Shown here piece by piece: positions 19,498 to 28,762 of a stretch of 64,000 bases of DNA (position 1 is the stretch's first letter; every line of letters begins with the position of its first letter). The translations under genes were made by a program, and so were the position numbers. The stretch is from a virus (lineage: Duplodnaviria > Caudoviricetes), in the IMG/VR virus record IMGVR_UViG_3300026116_000035; one strand, given 5' to 3'. The notes beneath the pieces are model-generated. The model saw nothing but the letters and a program-made list of their open reading frames with translations, had not been told where the DNA came from and did not search any database.

Positions 19498-19767
19498 ATG
19501 ACAAAAGAAGCAAAGAGTAATAGTGAATTTAGTGAATTTGAGAAAGATTTAAAAATTCTTAATGATGTTAGAGATTCGTTGGTTAAAGAATTTAAAGCAT
19601 GTAAAGACCCATCATTAAAAATTGGATTAGCTGCACAACTTAATTCAACTATACATGTAAGAGAAGATGTAGAAGTATTTTTAATGAAATTAGGTGGTTA
19701 TGAGCCTGAATGTGAAGGCTGCTCAGAGTGTGATCCGGGGTATTCAGATCATATTGAGACTAATTGA
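19498..19767 (+). CDS. hypothetical protein
   Basis: 89 aa; C-terminal CEGCSEC. Confidence 0.7.
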   Translation: MTKEAKSNSEFSEFEKDLKILNDVRDSLVKEFKACKDPSLKIGLAAQLNSTIHVREDVEVFLMKLGGYEPECEGCSECDPGYSDHIETN

Positions 19768-20198
19768 TGAAAATTTATTTAGTATCTGCTTTTGAGCCAC
19801 AAAATCTTGGAACTGGTAAAATATATGCAATTATTTCTCAAATTGAAGCTCAAAATAAACAATATGATATAAAAATAGACGGAGCATATCCTCAATTAAC
19901 ACCATCAGATGATATTATTAAAGAATATCGTAAAATTCAATTAGAATTATCTGAAGAAAATAAGGATGCTCAAGAAAGAGCTAGTAAGTATTTTACTACA
20001 GCTTTTTATGAACAATGTAAAAATTTTTATAAATCTTTACATAAAGCTTCAATAGAGGAAAATATATCTATGATGGAACTATTGCCATTTAAAGATGGTG
20101 ATAGTTTAGTTTCAAATGAAAGATTTGGAATGTCTAATTATAGATCTATTGTCGCTGGTGTTTTGAAAAAAATTGGTTACGAAGTGATCCTAAAATAG
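19764..20198 (+). CDS. hypothetical protein
   Basis: 144-aa ORF. Confidence 0.75.
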   Translation: MMKIYLVSAFEPQNLGTGKIYAIISQIEAQNKQYDIKIDGAYPQLTPSDDIIKEYRKIQLELSEENKDAQERASKYFTTAFYEQCKNFYKSLHKASIEENISMMELLPFKDGDSLVSNERFGMSNYRSIVAGVLKKIGYEVILK

Positions 20199-20209
20199 GA
20201 ATTTGTATT

Positions 20210-20623
20210 TTGGTAAAAAAAGAAGTTAAATTAGTTTATAATAAAATTAAACGAAATCTTAGTAAAAATAAAGAAATTATTGATATTAATTCTTCTATTT
20301 TTGATGTAAAGAAACATTTGGATACAAATCTTTCCAATGTAGAAGTGATAAAAAATGCTGTAAATTTTATACATCGAAAAGGTAGAAATGATTCTTCAGA
20401 CGCTCCGATGGAAGAATTATTAAACTCCTTGCCAGCAGAAAATCTGAGAGAATTAGAAGGTGATTTTTCTAAAAAACTTACATTTAAAGATGTTCATTCT
20501 CTTTGTAAAATGCGTAAAGAATATGATAACTTAATTGAAAATAGAGATTCCTTAATTAGAAAAGAAAAAATTTTAAATATTGAACTTTTACAGACAAAAA
20601 TTAAATTATTATTAAATGAATAG
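20210..20623 (+). CDS. hypothetical protein
   Basis: 137-aa ORF, TTG start. Confidence 0.7.
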   Translation: MVKKEVKLVYNKIKRNLSKNKEIIDINSSIFDVKKHLDTNLSNVEVIKNAVNFIHRKGRNDSSDAPMEELLNSLPAENLRELEGDFSKKLTFKDVHSLCKMRKEYDNLIENRDSLIRKEKILNIELLQTKIKLLLNE

Positions 20624-20704
20624 AAATAATTTTTCATTATTGTGATTTTAGTTTAATAGTTTTCCAGTTTCATGTGATGAAATGATAATAAAAAATATAA
20701 TAGA

Positions 20705-21388
20705 ATGAAATTTAATTTAATAATAATGGACCCACCGTATGCTTTTTCTGATAGATTGACTATGAGTAAAACAAAGCGCGGGGCAGAATCTCAATATAAA
20801 TCTATTTTAACCTGTGACGATATAATTAATTTAAATATAAAAGATTTAGCTGAAGATAATGCTATTTTGGCTTTATGGGTACCGTCAACATTAATTGATG
20901 TTGGATTATCAGCCATGGAAAATTATGGATTTGATTTTAAACAAACATTTATTTGGGTAAAATCTAAAAATGAACCTTTAATTAAGTTAAAAAAACAAGT
21001 CAAAAAAGCATTAAAAGAAAAAAACGATCAACAAGTATTGGATTTGATTGATAATTTTGATTTAAATGATACGATGAAATGTTATTTAGGAAGATTTTTT
21101 CGTCAAACTCATGAAGTCGCTTTAATTGGTAGTAGGGGAAAAACTTCAAATGATCGAAAAAATAAATCTCAAATCTCAGTATTTTTCGGTCCTAATCCTA
21201 AACATTCTGAAAAACCTTATGTTTTACATGAACGTTTAGAAAAAATGTATCCAAATTATAATAAAAAATTAGAAATATTTGCCAGAAAAGATTATAAAGA
21301 TTTTATCTGTGTTGGAAATGAAATCCCTGCGCCAAACGAATATAATGGTGATGTAAGAGATGCTATTGAAAAGTTGATAAAACTATGA
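20705..21388 (+). CDS. MT-A70-family adenine methyltransferase
   Basis: IMDPPY, LALWV, FIWVK, RQTHEVALIGSRG, HSEKP, LEIFAR. Confidence 0.88.
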   Translation: MKFNLIIMDPPYAFSDRLTMSKTKRGAESQYKSILTCDDIINLNIKDLAEDNAILALWVPSTLIDVGLSAMENYGFDFKQTFIWVKSKNEPLIKLKKQVKKALKEKNDQQVLDLIDNFDLNDTMKCYLGRFFRQTHEVALIGSRGKTSNDRKNKSQISVFFGPNPKHSEKPYVLHERLEKMYPNYNKKLEIFARKDYKDFICVGNEIPAPNEYNGDVRDAIEKLIKL

Positions 21389-21834
21389 AATTAGATAGAA
21401 AAATATTTGATGATATCGAACATCATAAAACAAGTTTAAAATTTTTAGTAGCTAAATTAAATACAAGAATAAATGAAATATATAATGATATATTTCCTCT
21501 ATTTAATAGAGAGCAGCGGAATATGTATTTTAAAGAATGTATATTCGGTTATAAATATATTCAATTAGAAATTGATGATTTTGATTGTTATAGAATGATG
21601 ATTATTCATAATAATGAAGAAATTAATTTAAATCAAATGTTTCCTATTGATTGGTTATTTTCATCTTCTTTTGAAGATGATACGATTGATGGTATTGAAA
21701 AATATAATACTAAAATGAAAAAGCAGTATAAAACTAGTCCATTAAAAAGTAAAGCTGAAATTGAAGAAATAACGAAGAATATTAAAAATAAATTATCGCC
21801 GGAAGAATTAAAATTTATATCATTTAAAAAATAA
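21385..21834 (+). CDS. hypothetical protein
   Basis: 149-aa ORF. Confidence 0.7.
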   Translation: MKLDRKIFDDIEHHKTSLKFLVAKLNTRINEIYNDIFPLFNREQRNMYFKECIFGYKYIQLEIDDFDCYRMMIIHNNEEINLNQMFPIDWLFSSSFEDDTIDGIEKYNTKMKKQYKTSPLKSKAEIEEITKNIKNKLSPEELKFISFKK

Positions 21835-21852
21835 AATTAATACATACATTAA

Positions 21853-22152
21853 ATGTATATAAATTATTTAATACCAATTAGATTAGATTTATATGAATTT
21901 ATTTATAAATCATATAAAAGTAGAATATTTTTAAATTATAAAGTAATTGATAACTTAATAGAAGTAGATGAATATTATTTAAATAAATATTATTTTGGGG
22001 CTAAAGAAATTAGTTATTGTGTAATAAAAATTTCCAATAATCTTTATTATGGATATGATGAAAAACTTAACATTAAAATGATTAGAAAAATTTGGAAACA
22101 TGAAGAAATTTTAACTGTAGTTGACGCACTAGTATATAGTATAATTCAATAA
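21853..22152 (+). CDS. hypothetical protein with a divergent C-terminal signature
   Basis: Ends LTVVDALVYSIIQ, resembling the array C-terminal tag. Confidence 0.65.
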   Translation: MYINYLIPIRLDLYEFIYKSYKSRIFLNYKVIDNLIEVDEYYLNKYYFGAKEISYCVIKISNNLYYGYDEKLNIKMIRKIWKHEEILTVVDALVYSIIQ

Positions 22153-22156
22153 ATAA

Positions 22157-22654
22157 ATGAAATGTCTTTTATTAAATTCAGCTTATGAAGGGTTAGCTTT
22201 TATACCTGAAATTAAAGGTCTCAAACTCTACTTCAATGATAAAGTAGAAGTATTATCTAATTGGGACGAAGAAATTTCATGGACTTCGGGGTCTATGAAA
22301 ATTCCAGCTGTAATTAAATTAAAATATTATATTAAATTCATTCCTAAACGAGTGCCATTTAATAGGATGGCCGTTTTTCGCCGAGATCTATACGCTTGTC
22401 AATATTGTAATAAGGTTGGTACATCGAACACTTTAACTATTGATCATATAATCCCTAAATCAAAGGGAGGATTGCATGATTGGTTAAATACTGTAGCTTG
22501 TTGCGAAAAATGTAATTTTTATAAAGATAATCGAACTCCAGAAGAAGCTGGAATGAGATTGATAAATAAGCCACATGTTCCAGATTTACGATTGAAAAAT
22601 CTTCTTCCGGAAATGCAAACGGTTCATAAAGATTGGGAATTTTGGTTAAAATGA
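22157..22654 (+). CDS. HNH endonuclease
   Basis: RDLYACQYC...LTIDHIIPKSKGG...WLNTVACCEKCNFYKDNRTPEEAGM. Confidence 0.92.
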   Translation: MKCLLLNSAYEGLAFIPEIKGLKLYFNDKVEVLSNWDEEISWTSGSMKIPAVIKLKYYIKFIPKRVPFNRMAVFRRDLYACQYCNKVGTSNTLTIDHIIPKSKGGLHDWLNTVACCEKCNFYKDNRTPEEAGMRLINKPHVPDLRLKNLLPEMQTVHKDWEFWLK

Positions 22655-23523
22655 AAAATTTAAAATTAATTGATTCAAAAAAATCTCAAATTGAAGATGT
22701 ATATAAATTAATTTTTGAAGATGATGATGTTCTTGAAGTTTCCTATATTAGAAAAGGAGATGGAAAAGATATTTTATGCGTTCCAAGTCAGACTTCATGC
22801 AATCTCAAATGTGTTTTTTGCCATCTCACAGGACTAGGCATCAAAGCAAAAAATTTAAATTCTGAAAGAATTATCAATTTAATTGAAGCTTCATTGAAAT
22901 ATCAACTGCCAGCAAATAAAACTTTATTAATTAGCTATATGGGTGCTGGTGATGGTTTAATGAATTTAGATGGTGTCTTAGGCTCAGCCCTTCATATGCG
23001 AGACCATAGTTCTTTTGAAGATATTAGAAATCAATATAATACAATACGATTTGCTATTTCCACCATTATACCTAATGAAATTAAATTTAATCAATTCAAG
23101 AAATCAATTAAGCAACATAAATTAGACTTTAAGCTACATTGGTCTTTACATTCTTTGGATTCTGTAAGTAGAAAAAATTTAATGCCAGCAGCTTTAAATA
23201 TTCCCGATGCATTAAAAATGATTGATAATTATATAGAAGAAACAGGAAATCCAGTAGAAATTCATTATACGTTGATGGATGAAATTAATGATAGAGAAGA
23301 AGATTTAAATAATTTTATTAAATATGTAAGTAAAAAACCTACAATTAAATTTTTAAAGTTTGCCGAAAAGAAAAATGAACCATTAATGCGTGGTTCAAAA
23401 CGAGTAAATTGGTTTAAATCCGAATTAGAAAAAAATGGATTTAAAGTGGAAGTTTATAGTCCTCCGGGTTCAGATATTGGCTCGAGTTGTGGTCAATTTT
23501 TACTAGATCAATATGTTAAATAG
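22651..23523 (+). CDS. RlmN/Cfr-like radical SAM RNA methyltransferase
   Basis: CVPSQTSCNLKCVFC (CxxxCxxC), SYMGAGDG, SLHS, C-terminal GSDIGSSCGQ. Confidence 0.8.
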   Translation: MKNLKLIDSKKSQIEDVYKLIFEDDDVLEVSYIRKGDGKDILCVPSQTSCNLKCVFCHLTGLGIKAKNLNSERIINLIEASLKYQLPANKTLLISYMGAGDGLMNLDGVLGSALHMRDHSSFEDIRNQYNTIRFAISTIIPNEIKFNQFKKSIKQHKLDFKLHWSLHSLDSVSRKNLMPAALNIPDALKMIDNYIEETGNPVEIHYTLMDEINDREEDLNNFIKYVSKKPTIKFLKFAEKKNEPLMRGSKRVNWFKSELEKNGFKVEVYSPPGSDIGSSCGQFLLDQYVK

Positions 23524-23544
23524 CAATATTTTAGCATTATATCT

Positions 23545-24129
23545 ATGAAGAATGTTATAAAAGCTTACTCGGTTAATTGTGAAACCTGTAATCGTGAAGT
23601 ACATAATTATCAAATTAGACCTGCAAAAGTTGGTTCTAGAGTTTTAAATTTATGTACAATTTGTCATGCTTCAACTGACGCTTATAAACAATTTGTGCAA
23701 GCGGCAAAAATATTGAATGAATTACATAGAGTTGGTCAATTAAATAATGATCCTCAGGTAATTGTTGAGCCTATAGAACCAAATATTAATGCAGCCGTAA
23801 ATTTATTAAAACGTATGGATTCTAATTACTTCGTTGGAATTAAAAAGATAGTAGCTGGACCAGAAGCTAATTATGGACACGTATCTTCAAAAGAACCTGA
23901 TATTATTCATATAAATTTAAACAGAATATTAAATGAAACTAAAAAAGATGATTCTAAACGTAATTTAGTTATTAATATTGCTATTTCTATTGCCCATGAA
24001 GCCGGACACGTAAAATCTTTTGATGGAGAAAAATTCGTTGGTGGCGAATCTCCGGCTCAAGCAGAAGAAAATAAAGTCTCTAATTGGATAAAAGCTAATG
24101 AAAGTAAATTGCAAGATTTATTTGCATGA
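23545..24129 (+). CDS. hypothetical protein with N-terminal zinc finger and HExxH motif
   Basis: CETC...CTIC; IAHEAGH. Confidence 0.65.
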   Translation: MKNVIKAYSVNCETCNREVHNYQIRPAKVGSRVLNLCTICHASTDAYKQFVQAAKILNELHRVGQLNNDPQVIVEPIEPNINAAVNLLKRMDSNYFVGIKKIVAGPEANYGHVSSKEPDIIHINLNRILNETKKDDSKRNLVINIAISIAHEAGHVKSFDGEKFVGGESPAQAEENKVSNWIKANESKLQDLFA

Positions 24130-24449
24130 GTTTCGATCGATCAAATGATCCTAAATATATTTCTTGGGCAAAAGCTGTTAAAGTAAAATTTGATTATAAG
24201 TGTGTAATTTGTTTTGCAGATGGAAATAGAGTTTATTTAGAATCACATCATTTAAATTCCTGGGACTGGGATATTCAAAATCGTTACAATTTAGATAATT
24301 CTGCGTGTTTATGTGAATTTTGTCATAAAAAATTCCATCAGATTTTCGGATACGGTAATAATTATAAATATCAATTTGAGCAATTTAAAGAAATATATAA
24401 AATTTTTCAGAATTTGATCTCGAGTGCAAAAGAAAAAAGCACTCTATAA
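24126..24449 (+). CDS. small HNH-type nuclease
   Basis: CVIC...LESHHL...NSACLCEFCHKKFH. Confidence 0.8.
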   Translation: MSFDRSNDPKYISWAKAVKVKFDYKCVICFADGNRVYLESHHLNSWDWDIQNRYNLDNSACLCEFCHKKFHQIFGYGNNYKYQFEQFKEIYKIFQNLISSAKEKSTL

Positions 24450-24822
24450 ATGTGTCTATATTAAAAAGAGATTTCATTTTATGTCCAATAAAATAAATGA
24501 TCCTTCGTTTGTAAAAATTTTTAAAAATCGTGAATCGGCCAAAAAAGCTTTAACTATTTTGGTTACGGCAAAAGATAGCAATTTTACGAATAAACAAATA
24601 ATGGAAATTCCTTTTTTTAAAAATTTGTTTGATGAAGATTATTTAAAATTTACTAATTCAAATCAATTAGAATGGCGTATGAAAAATATTGCCAGGGATT
24701 TAAAAAAGATTCCATTTGATTTATTAAATAATGATTGGCATGAATTTAAAGAATTTTTCGAAAAAACTAGACGAAAATCTAAATTAGATTTTATAAATAA
24801 GAAAGAAATAATAAATGTTTGA
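24424..24822 (+). CDS. hypothetical protein
   Basis: ORF; true start may be ATG 24481. Confidence 0.65.
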   Translation: MQKKKALYKCVYIKKRFHFMSNKINDPSFVKIFKNRESAKKALTILVTAKDSNFTNKQIMEIPFFKNLFDEDYLKFTNSNQLEWRMKNIARDLKKIPFDLLNNDWHEFKEFFEKTRRKSKLDFINKKEIINV

Positions 24823-25840
24823 TTTAATAGAAGAGATAGATAAATTATCTGAACATGATCAAGATAAAGTTAAAGATTTTATTGAATTTATTAAATACAA
24901 AGAATTTAATAAATACAAATCTTCTCTAAATTCAGTAGAAGAGTTAACTTCTAATAAATTGAATAGTAATATTTTATATTCTATAAATCCTAATCTGCCC
25001 GAATATCTAAAAATAGATATTGATTATATAGAGACCACATATTTATTAGCATCTTTCTATTTTAGAAATAGAGATCGGCCTGTGTCATTTCCAGTAGAAT
25101 GGTTTAATGACGCTTTTTATGACGATCAGTGTTCGATTAAATCATTATATATTAAATTTCGGCCAGGTACAAATAAAATTGATAAAATCGCTCTTCCTGA
25201 AAAATATCTATCTGAATTAGGTGCAGTAGAGTCGAAAAAGAGAATTTTAATTATAAAAGCTAAAAAAGCTGCTGATTTTGTTTCTGTACCTCAATCAGTT
25301 TCAATTCCACAGCAAACATCAACTGCTTTTGTCAAAGATATTCTTGAAAAAGTTGAAGATAATAAGTTTATAACTTGTTCAGTTGCTAAAAATGACCCAA
25401 TGTTTGATGATCTTTATCTCTTTAAAGAAGATCGATTAAGATTAGCTAGGGTTGCGGAAACATTGGTATTTTTTATTGATTCTATGAGAAATGCTCGGTA
25501 TCAATGGAATTCTCAATATTTTCATGGATGTAAGCATGATTTTACTGATATTAAACCTGAATTATCTGGATTGTCTACAGGGAAAACTTTAGATGTTAAG
25601 GCTCACTTTCATAAAAATGATCGTTTACAGTTAAGTGATTATACGTTAAAGAATGTTGATGCTGATATTATTTTATCTGTCTTAGTAGAAGAAACAGATA
25701 CCTCATATGTTGGTACAATTTGTGGTTGGATAACTAAAGAAGAATTTATGGCAAAAACAAAGCCTTGGTCATATAATGAAACAGTTACATTACGTTCTAT
25801 GGAAATTCATGAATTAAATAACCCACACGTACTTTTTTAA
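24815..25840 (+). CDS. hypothetical protein, C-terminal PD-(D/E)xK-like domain
   Basis: DFTD...LDVK...DADIILSV...ICGW pattern. Confidence 0.5.
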   Translation: MFDLIEEIDKLSEHDQDKVKDFIEFIKYKEFNKYKSSLNSVEELTSNKLNSNILYSINPNLPEYLKIDIDYIETTYLLASFYFRNRDRPVSFPVEWFNDAFYDDQCSIKSLYIKFRPGTNKIDKIALPEKYLSELGAVESKKRILIIKAKKAADFVSVPQSVSIPQQTSTAFVKDILEKVEDNKFITCSVAKNDPMFDDLYLFKEDRLRLARVAETLVFFIDSMRNARYQWNSQYFHGCKHDFTDIKPELSGLSTGKTLDVKAHFHKNDRLQLSDYTLKNVDADIILSVLVEETDTSYVGTICGWITKEEFMAKTKPWSYNETVTLRSMEIHELNNPHVLF

Positions 25841-25845
25841 AAAAA

Positions 25846-26175
25846 ATGATTAAAATTAATCCTGATATTGTAATTCAATTTCTAAATGAAATTCACAAGT
25901 TAGACCCCGAAGTACTAGAAAAACTTATTGATTTTCGGGTTCCAGTTAATGAAAAATTAGCCTGGCATGAAACAGTGCAGGTTGTGAATGATGGAACGGA
26001 AGAAGTTCCTACATATAAAGTTGGTTTATTAGGAATAATAAACGGATTATGTGGAATTGATGAAGATGGTTACGGGCTAGTTACCGCAAGTTATGAATTC
26101 GATCAAACTGCCCACAAAGAAAAGTTAGTCGGATTTATAAATAGAAAAAATATTAAATCATTTGAGTGGAAATGA
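25846..26175 (+). CDS. hypothetical protein
   Basis: 109-aa ORF. Confidence 0.75.
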   Translation: MIKINPDIVIQFLNEIHKLDPEVLEKLIDFRVPVNEKLAWHETVQVVNDGTEEVPTYKVGLLGIINGLCGIDEDGYGLVTASYEFDQTAHKEKLVGFINRKNIKSFEWK

Positions 26176-26573
26176 AAATAAGTATGAATTTTTTCGAAAA
26201 TTTTAATACAGAATTTGTTCGCAGGCATGATTTCTATAGTGATGAATTAAATGTATTCTTTAAAAATTGGAATAATATTTATTTTAAAAATATTCCTGAA
26301 GCTTGGATTATAGTAATTGATTCAATGTTAACAGAATTAGCTGAAATAAATGTTAAACCAGATTATGTAGAACAAGAATTTGGACAATTATTAATTCTAT
26401 ATAAATTAGATAATTTTCCTAAAACTGATGAAGATAAAGATATTATTCGAAAAGCTATGGAAAAAATAAAATTAATTGATGAAGATTTATACTTATTTTT
26501 TGATATAGAACCAGAGCAATTAGAATATTTATATTTTAAAACACTTGGTGCCGCAGCTCCTCTTTATAATTAA
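26166..26573 (+). CDS. hypothetical protein
   Basis: 135-aa ORF. Confidence 0.7.
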   Translation: MEMKISMNFFENFNTEFVRRHDFYSDELNVFFKNWNNIYFKNIPEAWIIVIDSMLTELAEINVKPDYVEQEFGQLLILYKLDNFPKTDEDKDIIRKAMEKIKLIDEDLYLFFDIEPEQLEYLYFKTLGAAAPLYN

Positions 26574-27555
26574 GGATTTAATTTTGAACGATTGGCAAAA
26601 AAAAATATTTTCTGTAGTAGGATTAATTATTTTAATTTCTGGTTTATTATTAGTTATTAAATATCAAAGAGATATAATTAATAAACAAGCTATAATTCAA
26701 AATTCTCTTGTAGAAATGAAAAAAATACAAGGGGATGTAACTAGAAATCAGACTCAGTATGCTACTCCTGAAGATATTAATAAAATTGCCAATAGTTTAG
26801 ATCTAAAATTAGGTCCGATTAAAGATGATTTAAATTCATTGAAAGCTCACATTACCGGAATTCAAACTATTTCTGTGAATTCTGATGGAGTTAATAAAAC
26901 TAATTTAAATTCTACTTCTGTAACGCCTAGAACGGATATTCCTAAAAATGAACCTGTAGATGAATTTGGATATCAAAGAAATGCTCAAAATTTAACGTTA
27001 TCTGAAACTTTTGGAAAAAATACTATTCCTGTTGGTAATGTTACTTTTAAAGCATGGCAAAAAGAACCATGGAGTGTTTTACAATATCCTAGAAAATATA
27101 GTGTAATTAATGTTCTAGGTACGGATGAAGATGGAAAAACTTATACATATTCTAAATTTGCCGTAGAGACGAATGGTAAAGTTTATAATTTGGATATTAA
27201 TGATGCCAAATTAACTGAACTATTACCTGAAAATAAATTTAGATTTTCTCCAAGATTATTTATGGGTGGTGATTTTGGAGTATCATTATTAAAACCACAA
27301 TTTGAATTTGTACCTAATTTAGAATTAATGTTATTTTCTCGTGGAGTTACATCTACGTATCCAAGTTGGTTATTTTTAGGATTGGGATTAGGGTATAATA
27401 CAGCTGGCAAAAATGTTTTATTTATGGTTTCACCGGTTTCTTATAATGTTGGACAATTTATACCATTTATGAAAAATTTATATTTGTCTACTGATATAGG
27501 GATTGATGTACATGGTGATTTTGCAGTTTTGGGTGGAGTTAAAGTAGGTTTGTAA
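26545..27555 (+). CDS. membrane-anchored hypothetical protein (possible lysis/spanin-like or virion protein)
   Basis: N-terminal TM segment IFSVVGLIILISGLLLV, coiled coil, Gly-rich beta-strand C-terminus. Confidence 0.6.
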   Translation: MVPQLLFIIKDLILNDWQKKIFSVVGLIILISGLLLVIKYQRDIINKQAIIQNSLVEMKKIQGDVTRNQTQYATPEDINKIANSLDLKLGPIKDDLNSLKAHITGIQTISVNSDGVNKTNLNSTSVTPRTDIPKNEPVDEFGYQRNAQNLTLSETFGKNTIPVGNVTFKAWQKEPWSVLQYPRKYSVINVLGTDEDGKTYTYSKFAVETNGKVYNLDINDAKLTELLPENKFRFSPRLFMGGDFGVSLLKPQFEFVPNLELMLFSRGVTSTYPSWLFLGLGLGYNTAGKNVLFMVSPVSYNVGQFIPFMKNLYLSTDIGIDVHGDFAVLGGVKVGL

Positions 27556-27596
27556 TATTTTCGTATATTAATGTAAGCTAATTTTAGGAGTGAAAA

Positions 27597-27743
27597 ATGT
27601 TACCTGATTGGCTAATTAAAAAAATAGACAAACCGAAAGAAAAATTTATTCAAGAAGAATTAAGGATTGAAGAATATCCTCTTCCATATAAAAAAGAAGA
27701 AATAAAAGAAGAATTTAAAGTTATAATAATAGATTTATTTTAA
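27597..27743 (+). CDS. small protein (48 aa, not in ORF track)
   Basis: AGGAG RBS at 27586-27590; MLPDWLIKKIDKPKEKFIQEELRIEEYPLPYKKEEIKEEFKVIIIDLF. Confidence 0.7.
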   Translation: MLPDWLIKKIDKPKEKFIQEELRIEEYPLPYKKEEIKEEFKVIIIDLF

Positions 27744-27763
27744 TTAACTCTATAAAAGGAAGA

Positions 27764-28747
27764 ATGATAGAGTCACGAAATCAAATTTTAAAAGCATTAT
27801 CAAAAGATATTTCTCGTAGATATATTTCAATTTGCCGCCTCCAATCTGATGGTAGGTTAGAATTAGATAAAGCTTGTTTATCGATATTAAACCCGAAAGA
27901 TAACGAAGAATTTTCAATTATAGATGACAATAGTTCTATAATTATCGTTAGAGAGCCGTTAGATATCCATAAAAATAAAGTAATTTCTAAAGCTGTATAC
28001 AAAGCCGCTAGAAAAAGATTAGTATTACCTTCTTCTGTATTAAAGATTTTATTATGCTGTAAAATAGGAATTAAAGCTTTTAAATATTCAAATGAGACTG
28101 CTTTAGAATTTGAACCTTATATTGAATCTCCTCCGGATTTAATATCTTTAAATTTATCTAATATTGACGAATTAGCTCCTTATGTACTTAGATCTTCTAG
28201 GTCTATTTTGCATATAGATATTTTTGATCGAAAACAAAAAATTAATCATTCTGGCACAACTTTTAAAATTTTGGGCGAATATTGGTTAAATAGTTGGCAC
28301 CAATCAGTACTTGATTTAGATTTAAATTATATTAAATGTATTAAAGATAATTGTAAATATTGTGAACAAAAGAGCACATATCCACTATCTAAAACAATTA
28401 TTTCATATCCTGTAATAGCATATGAGCAGGGTCACTATGCCCGTCCTGGATTAATTTCTTTTCATACTTCTATTAGAAATACTAGTACCACTACAATACA
28501 CATAGATTTAAAAATAGCCTGTAAAGAATGGGCTAAAAAATGTGGAACTGTGGAGCAATATTATAAACGAGGAATAATCGATTATACTGGCACACAGCTT
28601 TTCAAAATCGAGAACAATGAACTTGGTGAGATATTAATATCTGAGATAAATGACGTTCAAAATAGCCAAATTACACAAGAAGAAAATGGCTTAATGCGTT
28701 TAGCATTAAAAGAATTAATGGATACAGTTACTAACTATAAACCGTAA
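27764..28747 (+). CDS. hypothetical protein
   Basis: 327 aa; contains CIKDNCKYC. Confidence 0.75.
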   Translation: MIESRNQILKALSKDISRRYISICRLQSDGRLELDKACLSILNPKDNEEFSIIDDNSSIIIVREPLDIHKNKVISKAVYKAARKRLVLPSSVLKILLCCKIGIKAFKYSNETALEFEPYIESPPDLISLNLSNIDELAPYVLRSSRSILHIDIFDRKQKINHSGTTFKILGEYWLNSWHQSVLDLDLNYIKCIKDNCKYCEQKSTYPLSKTIISYPVIAYEQGHYARPGLISFHTSIRNTSTTTIHIDLKIACKEWAKKCGTVEQYYKRGIIDYTGTQLFKIENNELGEILISEINDVQNSQITQEENGLMRLALKELMDTVTNYKP

Positions 28748-28762
28748 GGACAATAAAACAAC

